Source of the DNA: Paraspadella gotoi
Lineage: Eukaryota > Animalia > Chaetognatha
NCBI GenBank assembly: GCA_051294375.1
Contig: CM119268.1
Location: 5,316,496 to 5,380,495 of the forward strand
Direction of reading: 5' to 3'
DNA length: 64,000 nt
A model generated the notes under the pieces. The model was not told the origin of the DNA, did not search any database, and saw only the letters and a program-made list of their open reading frames with translations. A program made the translations under genes and the position numbers. This document shows, piece after piece, positions 19,101 through 28,810 of this stretch (position 1 is its first letter; each line of letters opens with the position of its first letter).

Positions 19101-19816
19101 CTCCTCTCAATCGGGCTTCAACCAGCACCTCCTTACACAGCATCCCTCCGTCGCCTGGTCGTTCCAACAACTCTTCACTCAACACCAGCGCGCCAGTTTT
19201 GACACCCGAGGCTGAGACAAAAGATTCCCAAACTGTGGATGAAAAGAAGTCCCAAGCTGGCCAAGGAAGGAGTTGGCTCCCTAATTTGTCGAACCTCGTT
19301 GGATCGATCTTGCCAACTCCTCCCGGTGCTCACCAGATGAAGCTTCCCGATGACAAAGATCCTCAAATAGTTTGGGACAAAGAAAAGAAAAGATGGATTG
19401 ACAAGTCAAAACCAGAGGCCGAAAACGAAGAGGATGTTCCTCCTCCTCCGCCGAGCATGAAGACCAAGCCGCAGCCTCCCGCCGCAGCCGCATTCAACGG
19501 CGCTCCGACGCCCGGACCCGCCAGCGTCCTTCCTCCTCCACCCTCCTCATTCCGAATGCCCAAATCCCGTGGGGCGCGCGGCCGATACGTCGACGTTTTA
19601 AAGGACGCGGGCAACGTGTCCGCCGCGCCGAAAATGGATCCCGGTCTAGTCAATCCTTTACCCGAGGCGGCGCCAATGCGGGTGCCAGCCTCGTCGGCGC
19701 CGCCGATTGGCGCCGCCAGCGAGACTCCCGACGAAGCCGCGCCGCCAATGTTCTTTAATCCCTCGGCGATGACGGGCGCAGTGACTAATCCTTTTAATCT
19801 TCCGCCGACCAAGTGA
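13181..19816 (+). CDS. SEC16: Protein transport protein Sec16 (ER exit site scaffold), single-exon 2211 aa ORF
   Basis: Central conserved domain (RTPPKFSAPHVCARFG..SFPGPL..LLWRFMEAMVKQNG..WRPHMAVILSN..AHFCYLMA..FATNEGIQLTEIYEY..FQPYKLLYASRLAELG). C-terminal QMKLPDDKDPQIVWDKEKKRW and RYVDVL motifs. Disordered P/S-rich N-terminus. Confidence 0.96.
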   Translation: MPPKRRVRQKPASAVPSAGGSGPGSEGATPRTAASRANPKSVLGARRLTRPEKPSSSSTPSNDCSKVNKPIAPTTVSAAATLAGPSLPPSALPLHDFATPPPEAAPDVSTLPFLADPARPPPPVSLEEPQKPPALFQAPPHVATESSRDSPLPYLPSPKPIDLVTPVEVSVKQEGDWNFEVVSSSDFGGGVDSRNDVRHLPLENVSHNSFSSFPPSRFSPLLGAVGGQVDVKTLSEQQGLPFPPQMDHPMSRPAGVRLDPLPNDFENETPRLPKEKQSMQEDVVLPTSRGDCIGNEKSIVPLVTDDGIQGDANNPQLSMESGSPHREPSPPPRSSGGSGGVPDLVPYSIQHNHPDGRLVSSPSPPLFHQGDGQDFPEPSVTSRGIDMPPDLTNMSTMGTRGPEVVEDAQPGWFSQLHQPSAIHSQPKNISVRRSTMPPQEIVSWQVDSAGTDQPENVDGITVGLGQGQVPEGLLASVSLYDETPARDSSPSRTSNGATQQSSPMRGPLAFPFQESGHLSPVGRSMLPEREPTPGSNNLAQHSAAIAMLPPTPPSLYSSVPSIIQSHPNLLQRSTPSGGLSENIGPGDGDGAAAASDNSVVPSVVNQPSHSVNHSCLNIGSAPGATLMAPGVSSPLHHPVPTRGAPEGSNAPPPLATLVSVSQAAPDAGNLVGNGGSADNDSPLVHDSNIDHVGTVGVDLDSDLNLQPSSRSQQHHQQSFPQQRQSQVIHNFRSHLFPTVDSPISSGAEHHIEHEAESSSSRPPSRDRDSPGVGRDAPNPPRTNSLRQQQYQQHTQPLPTSRNAQVSDEVEAIARDGSGPQSSSVRPNPGDRKMDQSWRRNERRDAPNIRDNARDMANRPPSRRPQHSKGKTDVRENREKEKSRHQGDSRRRHADSYYNSGESIHSQSPYSSDDNDNHPYDGRRRPSRKAHSHNYANRSTSRHRDRHDRSCSRDRHWGAPDVNDPFNNSGSEYNERGHRSRGNGKSRGDDYSDYNSKKSDKSLNKSGRSSRPESRNYYDYQADYNRQYYDWYNQWYQSMGENAMHAGYYAELQRSQNATLNHSNTDRVQHNYESPYRPGSRGVPNDISAIGYPPEFPYSSYAPFPYPGYYPGYPGYPGYGYPLPRARTPPKFSAPHVCARFGLGGLHLVKVLDNSPKYGQPCVVEILQIETTALREGLSDDITSFPGPLSKRKPHKPDLVRFCRERADKYGGIDPKMKRDDGFDPSTLQDSQGKELLWRFMEAMVKQNGKVLGPDLAELLLQGREILVGRSMTSQRKIQRNTVNGSHQSLDGENAKHLGSHSSSSSVTDVRINNPSLNLNHYRELLAFGNKREAVEWALRHGAESHAFYLSMLIDSVTPGPTMADVVQRLEASLPSNDPILTAYFLMSHRQPPAIAKISDDSFGDWRPHMAVILSNLLDEIRTHSLLSRSVITMGNSLTSAARIPSAHFCYLMAQSGFGSYTRKNAKIVLIGQDHTVPFGEFATNEGIQLTEIYEYLMQLGRPNFEMPYFQPYKLLYASRLAELGYFKEALLYAESVAKFLIQTYNKYPMPELTKMVFDFGVKLKFFDPCLRQYPLGGASKDILPDWLERLSVLLNEFNERDWTNNPVEGEDVSASFNRLTIFDSALGSTSPSTIPLGTMATSNIIAAPSADSETYSQAPKNDIAIAEEVTKEEPVLEEDRKVVGWQPTPSAPPKAKIPAMKDQSSESYSVVAEQYPPPPEPIESNEPGPEQFPLSMGSGPCNTNPQQSQLPNSDNLVTGQIPDPIMSIEHVAHVPSSLSLTSTSTLDSYATPRTIQNSDGSDIFPTPPEDPPIIENSSESMYIQNPRYFPLPTSIQLPLNEVPPPNPIRSSYNAYVPPAQNPSMHVVHSVANPNEKAASFHPEPSRSRQNSETGPPLSRKSSQGQFSRQSSLESGASSSSSAFRAPGLPASRSNRAGSRSRQSSVTDDLSRGQLPPPLSRTSTVASISSASIPPPLNRASTSTSLHSIPPSPGRSNNSSLNTSAPVLTPEAETKDSQTVDEKKSQAGQGRSWLPNLSNLVGSILPTPPGAHQMKLPDDKDPQIVWDKEKKRWIDKSKPEAENEEDVPPPPPSMKTKPQPPAAAAFNGAPTPGPASVLPPPPSSFRMPKSRGARGRYVDVLKDAGNVSAAPKMDPGLVNPLPEAAPMRVPASSAPPIGAASETPDEAAPPMFFNPSAMTGAVTNPFNLPPTK

Positions 19817-21212
19817 AAATTTTTTTTGGAATTGGAGTTTTAAGATCTCTCGGTTCTTAGTCTTAGCGATGGAAAAGTTGAGATGGTAAATCAAATTACA
19901 TCACCAGTTGCGTAATATCTTCGTTATTCAATCTGATAGATTGGCGAGATAAGCAATGCTTTTTCTAACATAAGCAAGCGAGTTGGCGTAGTTCACAAAC
20001 CACATTTTTTAGGTTGCTCGAAATTCATGTAGTTTAAATTTTTTTTCTTAAATCTGGGTATATTATTGTAAATTACCTTTTTATTTCTTTTGAATAGTAA
20101 TTTGTACCAATTATCAATGGTTATGGGTTTATTTGAATTACCTACTTTGAAATTGGTTATTTGACTTGTAATTGTAGTTTTGGGTAATGTGATAATATAT
20201 TTTAATGTATGTATATATATTTGTACAACGACGAAAATTGCTAATGCTAAGTATCAAGTTATTATTAGAATTTAGATTCAAGTTAGATTCAATCTTGTCG
20301 GTTTTCGAATCATTTCGAATTTCATGTTAATGTTTTAACCCCTGTTTAACTCATGATGAACAGAAAAAGATATACTGAATTTACCGATAACCATCATCAA
20401 TCTTGTGAAATTGAAATTTACCCTCAATGTTGATCACTTTAACAATCACTCAAAATTAAATCGTAATAAATTCTTACGTTTTAATGTAACGATTTTCATG
20501 AGTAATCTAAAAATGTTCTTAATAGCGACACAAGTTTATTTGAAAAACTCTGGTAAATTCTTTTCTTTCTTTCTTTTAGTTTTTGTTGTAAAGTTATCAG
20601 AAAACTTAACTTTCAATATCTCAAACTGTTAAATTAGGAATGCCAAACCCCAAATTTTTTTAAAAGATTTTTCTGAGAAAAAGTGAAATTTTTAAGTTTC
20701 CCTTAAGTCGCCTTTAAATTGTATTTAATTTTAAACGTGTAATGCTATATTTTAAGAAAATGTTAAAAATCTGCGGGACCTGGGTACTTGGTAGTCAAAC
20801 TAGTCATTAATAAAAAAGAAGTTTAATCCTTGAAATATGTATAACTAAAATTTTCTTTTACAAGCTTGAACCAAACCTAATTCAAGTTTTTCTTAAAAAA
20901 ACTTTCTATTGATATTTGTTTATTCTCTCCATATTTTTCTATTCACCAAAACATAACTAGACGAAATTGCTATGTATTTGGCTTTTCAAAAAAAAATCAA
21001 GTTTTCCCGCGCTTTCTAGTCTCTATTCGTGATCTTTGTCTCGTCCTCCCACTGGAGAAACGGCTTGGCAAAGCTCCTCAAACCTAAATGTAATACAATG
21101 CGGATTTTATTTTCATTTTTATAAATTTAAAAAAAAACACAATAGAGAACTCCTTGTTATGCACTAAAGAAAAAAAAACAACCGGAAAAACAAAAGAAAA
21201 AAACGAAACTCG

Positions 21213-24200
21213 ATGATCGTGAGCGACTCCAACGACGGTGGCGGCGTTGGCGTCGACGGCGGCGTGATGGAGAAGCTCGTGGTTGACTCTGAGCTGCTGA
21301 CCTACGCCATTCCGTCTCAGCAGTGTTTCGTCGACGCCGGAGAGACCCTCTGCGACTTCGGTTTGGCTCAAGTCGCTCGTGAAATTCCGCGGACGATCGA
21401 TACAGCCGCGCCGCAGCATCTGGGCAGCGGCGTCACCGCCGCGCCCCGTCCTAACGTCGCAGCATCTTCCTCTCTCTCAGTCAGCCCCGGATCACTTTCC
21501 CTTCGATCGTCGGCTCCGGATTCCGATATCTCGGCGCCGCGAATGGACGGGATCGATCTCTGCCGAAGATTCCGCGACGCCGCCTTCGTGATTCGTTCCG
21601 AAGACGCAAGGTGGGAGTTCTCTTGATGTTATTTGGCTTTAATATTTGGCTTTAGTAATGATTTATAATTGGGATTTTAAGTATATTTCTTTTCTGCTAT
21701 AAAGATTCGAAGGTGGAGGTCGAGCGTTGGAGGAGGACGATGATGACGATGACGACGACGGATACGACGAAGGCATCGACGATGATGACGATGTCGACGA
21801 ACTCCTTGGATCGAGCTTCCCCTTGGAACCGGCCTTTCCTCGTCCGGACCAAGAGTTTCATCGCATCAACATCTTCAACGATTTGCCGGATTTGCTCAGG
21901 GACAACTACGACCAATGCGTGGAGAGGATCGTCCCCAAGGTTTTGGAGGTGAGGCGGATGTAGTTGGCTGGAGGCGTTGACGGACGATCGACCGAGACTG
22001 GGGATTTGTGAGCCAAACATTGAAAACATATCAACGGTCCAGTTAACATAAACTTTGATGATATGAAGTTTGATATGTGTTCTCCTGCAGTAATCGATAA
22101 AACCATAATTTAAATTAATTAAAATATAAACCAATGTTACCTTAAACAAGATACAAATATTATAAGTTATTAGTTCCAGGGATCCTTAAAAAAAAGTGAA
22201 TCCAACAGAACTTCTGAAGTTGAACTCTGGTACTGATTCGCCGAAAGATGATCTGTGCTCACCTGATCCATGGTCCCTTATGTTCTGCCCGCCTTCAGGT
22301 GCTCTCCACCTCCTCATCCCCCCGCGCCCACCAAGCCGCCGCCGCCGCCTTTCTCAAAATTCTTCGCCAAAGATCGATTCCCCCCGAAGTCTTCGCTGAG
22401 GCCTTCCTCTCCACCATCGTCGCCGGAGTGGAATCGCTCGACGAAGACTTGGAGGCCGTCTGGACGGAGGGACTCTTGCAGGTGGGTCAAATAAATACGA
22501 ATAATGCTGTGACTCTCGTTCCTACAATTATCTTGTAACGCACTCTTTCAACGTCAAAGCAAATTCCTATTAAAATATTGGACAAGTGTTGCGAAAGGTT
22601 TTTTCTAGTTAAAGAAAAGAGAGAGAGAAAGAGAGAGAGAGAGACCCCGTTGTTTCTGATCATGAGCTAAAAACACATGGAAATAATTAGCGAATAAACG
22701 ATTTTGCTTAAAATTAATTCCACTTAAATCTAGAAATGAACCTAATTACCTAACATCAAATGCAATTTTTACGTGTAGACAAAAATGTAACATCCAAATT
22801 TCCCCCACCCCCTATCCATTCCACTTTTTTCCTCCCTCAGATCCTCGAGCTCCTCCCTTCCTCCCTCGTCCACGACTCCATCCTCCCCATCGTCGTCTCC
22901 AAATCTCATCTCTCTCGTCCTCCTTCCTCCCGTCTCTCCGCCTCTCGACTTCTCGGCAAAATCTCCGCAGGACTCGACGATCCTTCGCTGCTACGCCGCG
23001 AGGTAAGGTGGGAGGGTTGGTGGGTGAGGGTGGAAATCGGCTCTCATAAGTTACTCTACATTGATGGTGCATGTTTAATTAAATACTCAAAAAAAGGTTT
23101 AAAAACTTGTAATGATATGATTTTTTTTCTTTTTTCCCCTCTCTCCCTTCCTTCTCCTAATTTTTTTTTTCTCTTTTCTGCCTTTCTTCCACTCTTTTTC
23201 ACTCTCATTCTTTTTTATTCTGTCCTTTTATTTTTTTTCCTTTTTTCTTTTCTCTCTTTTCCGACCTTCCTCTCTTTCTGTGTCCTTCAATTCTCCCAAC
23301 TCTTTCCCTCCTCTCTCTTTTCCTTCCCTTCCCTTCCACTCCCCTGCTCTCTCCCCCCCTTCCAGATCCTCCCCTCAGTCCAAAGCCTCTGCCAAGACTC
23401 TGACCATCGCGTCCGCGCCTCCGCCTCCCGTCAATTGTCCCCCATTGCCCGCGGCCTCGACTCTGACTCCATCGTTTCGTCCGTCCTCCCCGAGTTGGTC
23501 GAGTTGACCAAAGACGCGGAGAAGGGCGTCCGGATCGCGGGGATCGAGACGGTCGCCGACATCCTCGATCTCTTCGACGGCGACGTCTCTCGCCAGACCC
23601 TCGCGCCTCTGGCGGTCAAGTTCTTCGAGAGCGGACTCGAGGCGGAAGACTCCAGCCTCCCGCTCATCGTCAGACAGATCGGCAAAGTTACCCACGGACT
23701 CTCGCAGCATTTGACTCCGGGACAGGTCATCCGGTTCCTCGATCTCTTCTGCCGGATGTGCCATTTGGGCTCGAGGCCGTCGCCGCGGCGCCGTCGACGC
23801 CACTCGGACGTCGCCGTCTCTCCCGACGATGAATTCCTGCGTCTACGACTCTCGCCATTCCGCAACGGTCGCGCCGGCGTCAGAAATCCCGGCGTCGTCA
23901 TCGCCGGTTTCGAAAGAGATTCGACGCCGCTAGAGAGAACGTCCTCCTCCGACGCGTCGACGAAAGAGTTGAGCCCCGACGACGTCCTCTCCCCCGGATC
24001 TAACTTGGATTCCCCGGGAACCGACTCGGCCTCCTCATCTCCCGGCAGCGGACCCGCTTCTCCCGGATGTAATTCCGTCGATTCGGACTCGCGTCTCCGT
24101 CGCAAACTCGAATCCCTCAACAGCATGGAGAAGGAGGAGACGATGATTCGGTGTCGCCTCAACGCCGCTTTCAACTTTCCCGCCATGGCGTCGCTTTTCG

Positions 24201-27200
24201 AGACTGCGGCGGCGAAGCATGGGTGCGCCGCCGCGACGCCGTTTCCCGCCTCGGCCGCCCGACTTCGCCGCGCTCTGACCAGCCTCTGCCGGGATCCGCG
24301 GGCCGAAGTCCGCCGGAAAATCGCGGCGGGATTTCACGAAGTCGCCGCCCGATTGCCGGTCGACGATGAAGATGGCGATGACGACGACGCCGTCTCGATC
24401 TTCGATTCCCTCGTCCACCTTCTCTTCGACGAATCTTTGGGAGTGTTAAAGTCTCTCGTGGAGAATATGGACGCGACGCTTCTCGCCCTCGCCGATCGAT
24501 GTCGCGTTGATCGAGCGGACGACGACGACGATCACGACGAAGAAAACGACGATCAACGACGACGACGTCTCTTGCGTCAGCGTCTCTTCGCTTCTCTCGT
24601 CCAAAGTTGGGACACTGCTTACTATTCTTACGACTGGCGACTCCAAGCTCAGGTTTTTATTTGAAACTCAGTTGCGAAAGCTAGCAAATTTTTCCTATTG
24701 TTATTATCATGTAAAAGTGATGGAAGCCATGGCCTGTTCAATGTCAGGGGCAGGATAACTTATTTATTGAATGAATGAATTGTTTTTATATTGGTTGTAC
24801 CTATTCTTGTCGGATGGTTTTTTGGTTTTTGTACTCGGTTATTATTGTTGTGCCCCAACGAGAAAAAAGCATAAGCGAACCTTTGTAAACCATTTAACAC
24901 AAGACTCCCCTTTCTCTCTCTCTCTCTCTATCCCTTCTTCAGATTTTCGACAAATGGGGCGCCTCCCTCTCCCGCTGGTTTTCCTCGGACCAGATCTTCT
25001 TCAACATCGTCCCCTTCCTCTTCGAAAAGATCCGAGATCTGCGACCGATTCCGGCGCGGCTCTCCGCCTGTCGCTGCCTCCTTCGGCTTGCGCGGCAAAT
25101 TCGTCGCTCCGAACAGCGGAGTCAAATCCGCGACAGGATCGTCAAGGACTTCTGCGGTGGACGCAGCTCCGCCGACAGGCTGCTGTTTCTGGAGATGCTG
25201 AGGTGAGCGACTTCGGCGGCGATAGGAAATAGAATAGGCGGTTTGACGTGAGGTTGCTGAAAAAAAGTTGGCTCTAGTGTGCTTTTCCGAAAAATTGTAA
25301 TGGGATTCTTGCTTTCTACACCCTGATTCACATTTTCTTCTACTAAATTTATAATTAACGAATCCCGACGTCTTTCCATATACAACTAGCCTGATGCTCC
25401 CACTCTTCTCTCGCCGCTACATCAAAGAGAATTTCTTCGGCGCTTTTCTTCTTCTCGGTGCGGATCCGGTCCTCGGCGTCAGGCTCAAGTTCGTCCGCCT
25501 TTTGCCGGAAATTAAAGGTAAGTAAAAAGTGGATTTCTTTTTTCCTCGCCCTTTAATATCACCAAGGGGTTTATTTTCGCCACGTTTATCGGGTTTTTTT
25601 CGTACTAAAGCGCAACATGTGTTGTTGTTCTCACCCTCCACTTCCCTTCCTCCCCCTCTCTCCTTCCTTCCAGACCTCCTCTCTCTTCCTGCCGACGAAG
25701 CGCTCGCCGTCGCCTTGGAATCCTCCGTCGACTCCCTCGCCTCCTCCCTACCTTCTTCCTCCTCTCTCGAAGAATCCCTCCGAGACTTCCTCCTTTCATC
25801 TCTCTCGTCTTCTTCCGCGGACGAGGAGGTTGACGGATCGAGCCTCGATCGCGCCAAGGCGGAGATCGACGCAGAGAATCTCCGGTTCGAACGGCAGCTG
25901 CAGGAGGAGGAGGCAGCCGCACTGGAGCGGCGGAACAAAGAGTTGGCGCTCATCGGTTATTCGGTGGAGGTGACGCCCGTTGAGGGATCGTGGATTCGGT
26001 CGCAAGGATCCTCGAGAAAGACTTCGCTGAGAATCGAAGAGTCTGACGACAAAGAGAGAACAGTCCCCGTCGCCTCCTTGACCGAAGGAGGCGAACCCGA
26101 GTCTTCGCTGAATCCGCTTAAACCCGCCGAGATTTCGACCGATAATTTTAATGAGAATTCTTCCAAAAATGATGCCGAAACATTTACCGACGATTCAATC
26201 AAAAATCGTGATGAGAATAAAAAACTGTCTGAGAATATAACTCTGGATCCGCTTTCCGCTTCTGAGAATTCTCCTTCGACCCAACCCGCTTCTACTCTCT
26301 CTTCTCCCTCCCATCTCCCTCTCTCCTCGTCCAAATCTTCCAAACTTCCCGTCCACCGACCTTCGCCACCTCCGGATCTTCCCTCTACTTCCGGTCTCCG
26401 ATCCAAGCTGCCAAAGATGTCGTCGTCTTCCTCTCCTCGTCTTTCCGGAATTCGTCCCTCGCCTCCGCCGGGACTGCCCCTCAAATGCACCTCCCCGCCG
26501 CCCCAATCTCCTCGTCATCCTCCTCCTCCTCAGCGGAACGCCTCGCCCAAAGCCTTGACGCGGGCGGCAAGGTTCGTGGTTCGCGCCCCGTCCCCGTTTC
26601 CCTTGAGGAGGAAGAAGAATGAAGTGGAGGGAAACGAAGTGGAAGTGGCTGAAAAGGATGTAACCTCTTTTGTATCGAAGGATGCCGCCGCAGCCGCCAC
26701 TTCCGAGGCTACCGCCGAGTCTCCTCGCAAGACTCCTTCCTCGAAACCGCCTTCTGGCGCGAGCACCACCGGTGCCAAAACGAAGGCGCCGTTTTCCAAA
26801 TCGGCGTCGTCCTCGATCAAATCTCCTCCGAGCGGTGTTCCTCGAAAAATCCCGGCGTCGTCGTCGCCTCAGGCCGTCGCGTCTCCGACGAAGAGCACTG
26901 CCCAAAGAAACGCGCCGCGGTGCCTTCCTCCTTCACCGAGGAACGCATCGTCGTCCTCTTATTCCTCCTCCTCTTCCTCCTCATCCGGCTCGCGATCAGT
27001 TCCTTCGTCTCCGACGAAATCCAAACCTCCGATTCTCTCTTCGTCTTCGTTCTCTTCGAAGACGAGACCCAATTCCTCGTCAAAGACGACGAGACCTTCG
27101 ACCATCTCCTCCATTCGTTCGTCGGGGCTGCGGCCGCCTTCTCCGCGCCCTCCGGTGCTGACCAAGGCGGGAGCGGGAGCGGCGAAATCGACGCCGCCGC

Positions 27201-27709
27201 CGCCGCGTAAATCTGGTTTCGTCGTTAAAACGGCCCCGTCGACAAGAAAAGTGGAGGAGACTGAGAAAGTAGCGGATGTCAAGTCGCCGCCTTTTTCCGC
27301 CGCTTCATCGTCGAAGGTGGAAGAGACCGCGACGAAGAATTCCGCCCGTCGATCCAACCTGAAGCCGCCTTCTTCATCAACTTCTGCTTCATCCTCCAAG
27401 CCCCCCTCCTTTAATTCCTCCAAATTACCTCAACGCCTCGCGGCTCCTTCTTTCAAAGGCTCCTCCTCTTCTTCTTCCTCCGCCGCCGCCGCCTCGACGC
27501 GCGGCTCTAACCTTCCCCGGATGTTGAAGGCGTCGTCTTCGGAGCCGAGCCTCGCCCGCCAACCCGTTGGCGCCGCAGATTCGGTCGACCCGGCGCCGCG
27601 AGTCGACGTCGACTCGGGACTCGGCGCCGCGAGAAGATCGAATCTGGCCAGAGAGAAGAGCAGCTCTGGAGGATGTCTCTCGGCCGCCGGAAGGAAAAAC
27701 ATGATTTAA
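21213..27709 (+). CDS. PPP4R4: Serine/threonine-protein phosphatase 4 regulatory subunit 4 (HEAT repeat), spliced
   Basis: Exons ~21213-21610, 21705-21948, 22299-22481, 22841-23002, 23366-24652, 24943-25202, 25390-25517, 25674-27709, all phase-compatible. Motifs ILPSVQSLCQD..VRAS..QL, VLPELVELTKD, GKVTHGL, AAFNFPAM, AAGFHEVA, WRLQ, SSDQIF, DPVLGVRLK match PP4R4. Start codon uncertain. Confidence 0.9.
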
Positions 27710-28810
27710 AAAAATATATATACGTATAAATTATTTTAACTTATTTATTTTTAAAAGTTATTTTTTGAACCAGAGATTTTTCATCCGTTTCGGAATTCAA
27801 TAATATGTATTACAATTATTATGTACTCGTTGATGTAATGTTATGCATGGGACGTATGTTCAATTGTTCATTAAAAAAAACAGCATTGTCTTTTTTTTAT
27901 TGTTACAACACTGTATTCCTAAACGAGTGTGATTTGGTTGTTGTTACTTTTTCTAATTAGTTTTGCTCGCAGTTTTATCGTTTTATTGATTGTCTTTGTG
28001 GGCCAATTTGAATATGTAAAGACAGGTACTTGTTGATCATCTACAGCGAACACTAAGTTGGAGAGTTAAAAAGATTGAGATATGTTACAATATTTCTTTG
28101 GTGCCTCTGTATATGTAATTAATAAAATTCTAGCTCTTTTCAAATTTTTTCAGCGTAACAATAATAGAAATTAAGTTTTATTTATATCCTTATAAATTCA
28201 TTAATTTTTTTCCCTTTTTTTTCTGTTTTATGTTAGATGATATTTTAATGCCAAAAAGTGAAGAATAGGTCATTTTGAAAATTTACTAGTTTAAAGAATA
28301 TTATTATAAATATATTGTGATTTCTGTTCGGATTGTTAGAGGGGGATTGTTGTGTAAATTTAGATTATGATCTTCACAGAATTTTCTCCATCAGGATCCC
28401 CTTAGGCTAAGAAAATAGTAAAATATTTCTTGTAATTCACAATTACACCACTACACCTTTGTAACATGACTCAAAATTTTGTTCTTCATTATAGTGAACA
28501 TTCTTTCTTCGATTTGGGCGTTAATTTATTTTTTTCTATATTAACCAAAATTATCGGAATAGAGGCTGATCTAGTTATATACTAGTAGTTCGAAACACAA
28601 AAGCGTCATTTTTTTTGCCTCAAAAACCGACCGGGCTTTTTTTTCTCCGCCTTTTGTCTTTTTTAGGATTTGACGATTTGACGAAGTCATCGATCGCTGG
28701 TGAACGTCCTCGCGATGAACTAAAACTAAAAAGTTGAGAAAAAGAAACCCACCTTACTGACTTACCCCTTGACCCTTCTGCCCTCACCCCAATCCCCCCC
28801 CCCAAAAAAA

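Noticed and set aside
23375-27702. Long antisense and alternative-frame ORFs over PPP4R4 (similar ones over MED24, ASL and V-ATPase)
   Set aside because: Expected shadows of GC-rich, stop-poor coding exons; no recognisable domains.
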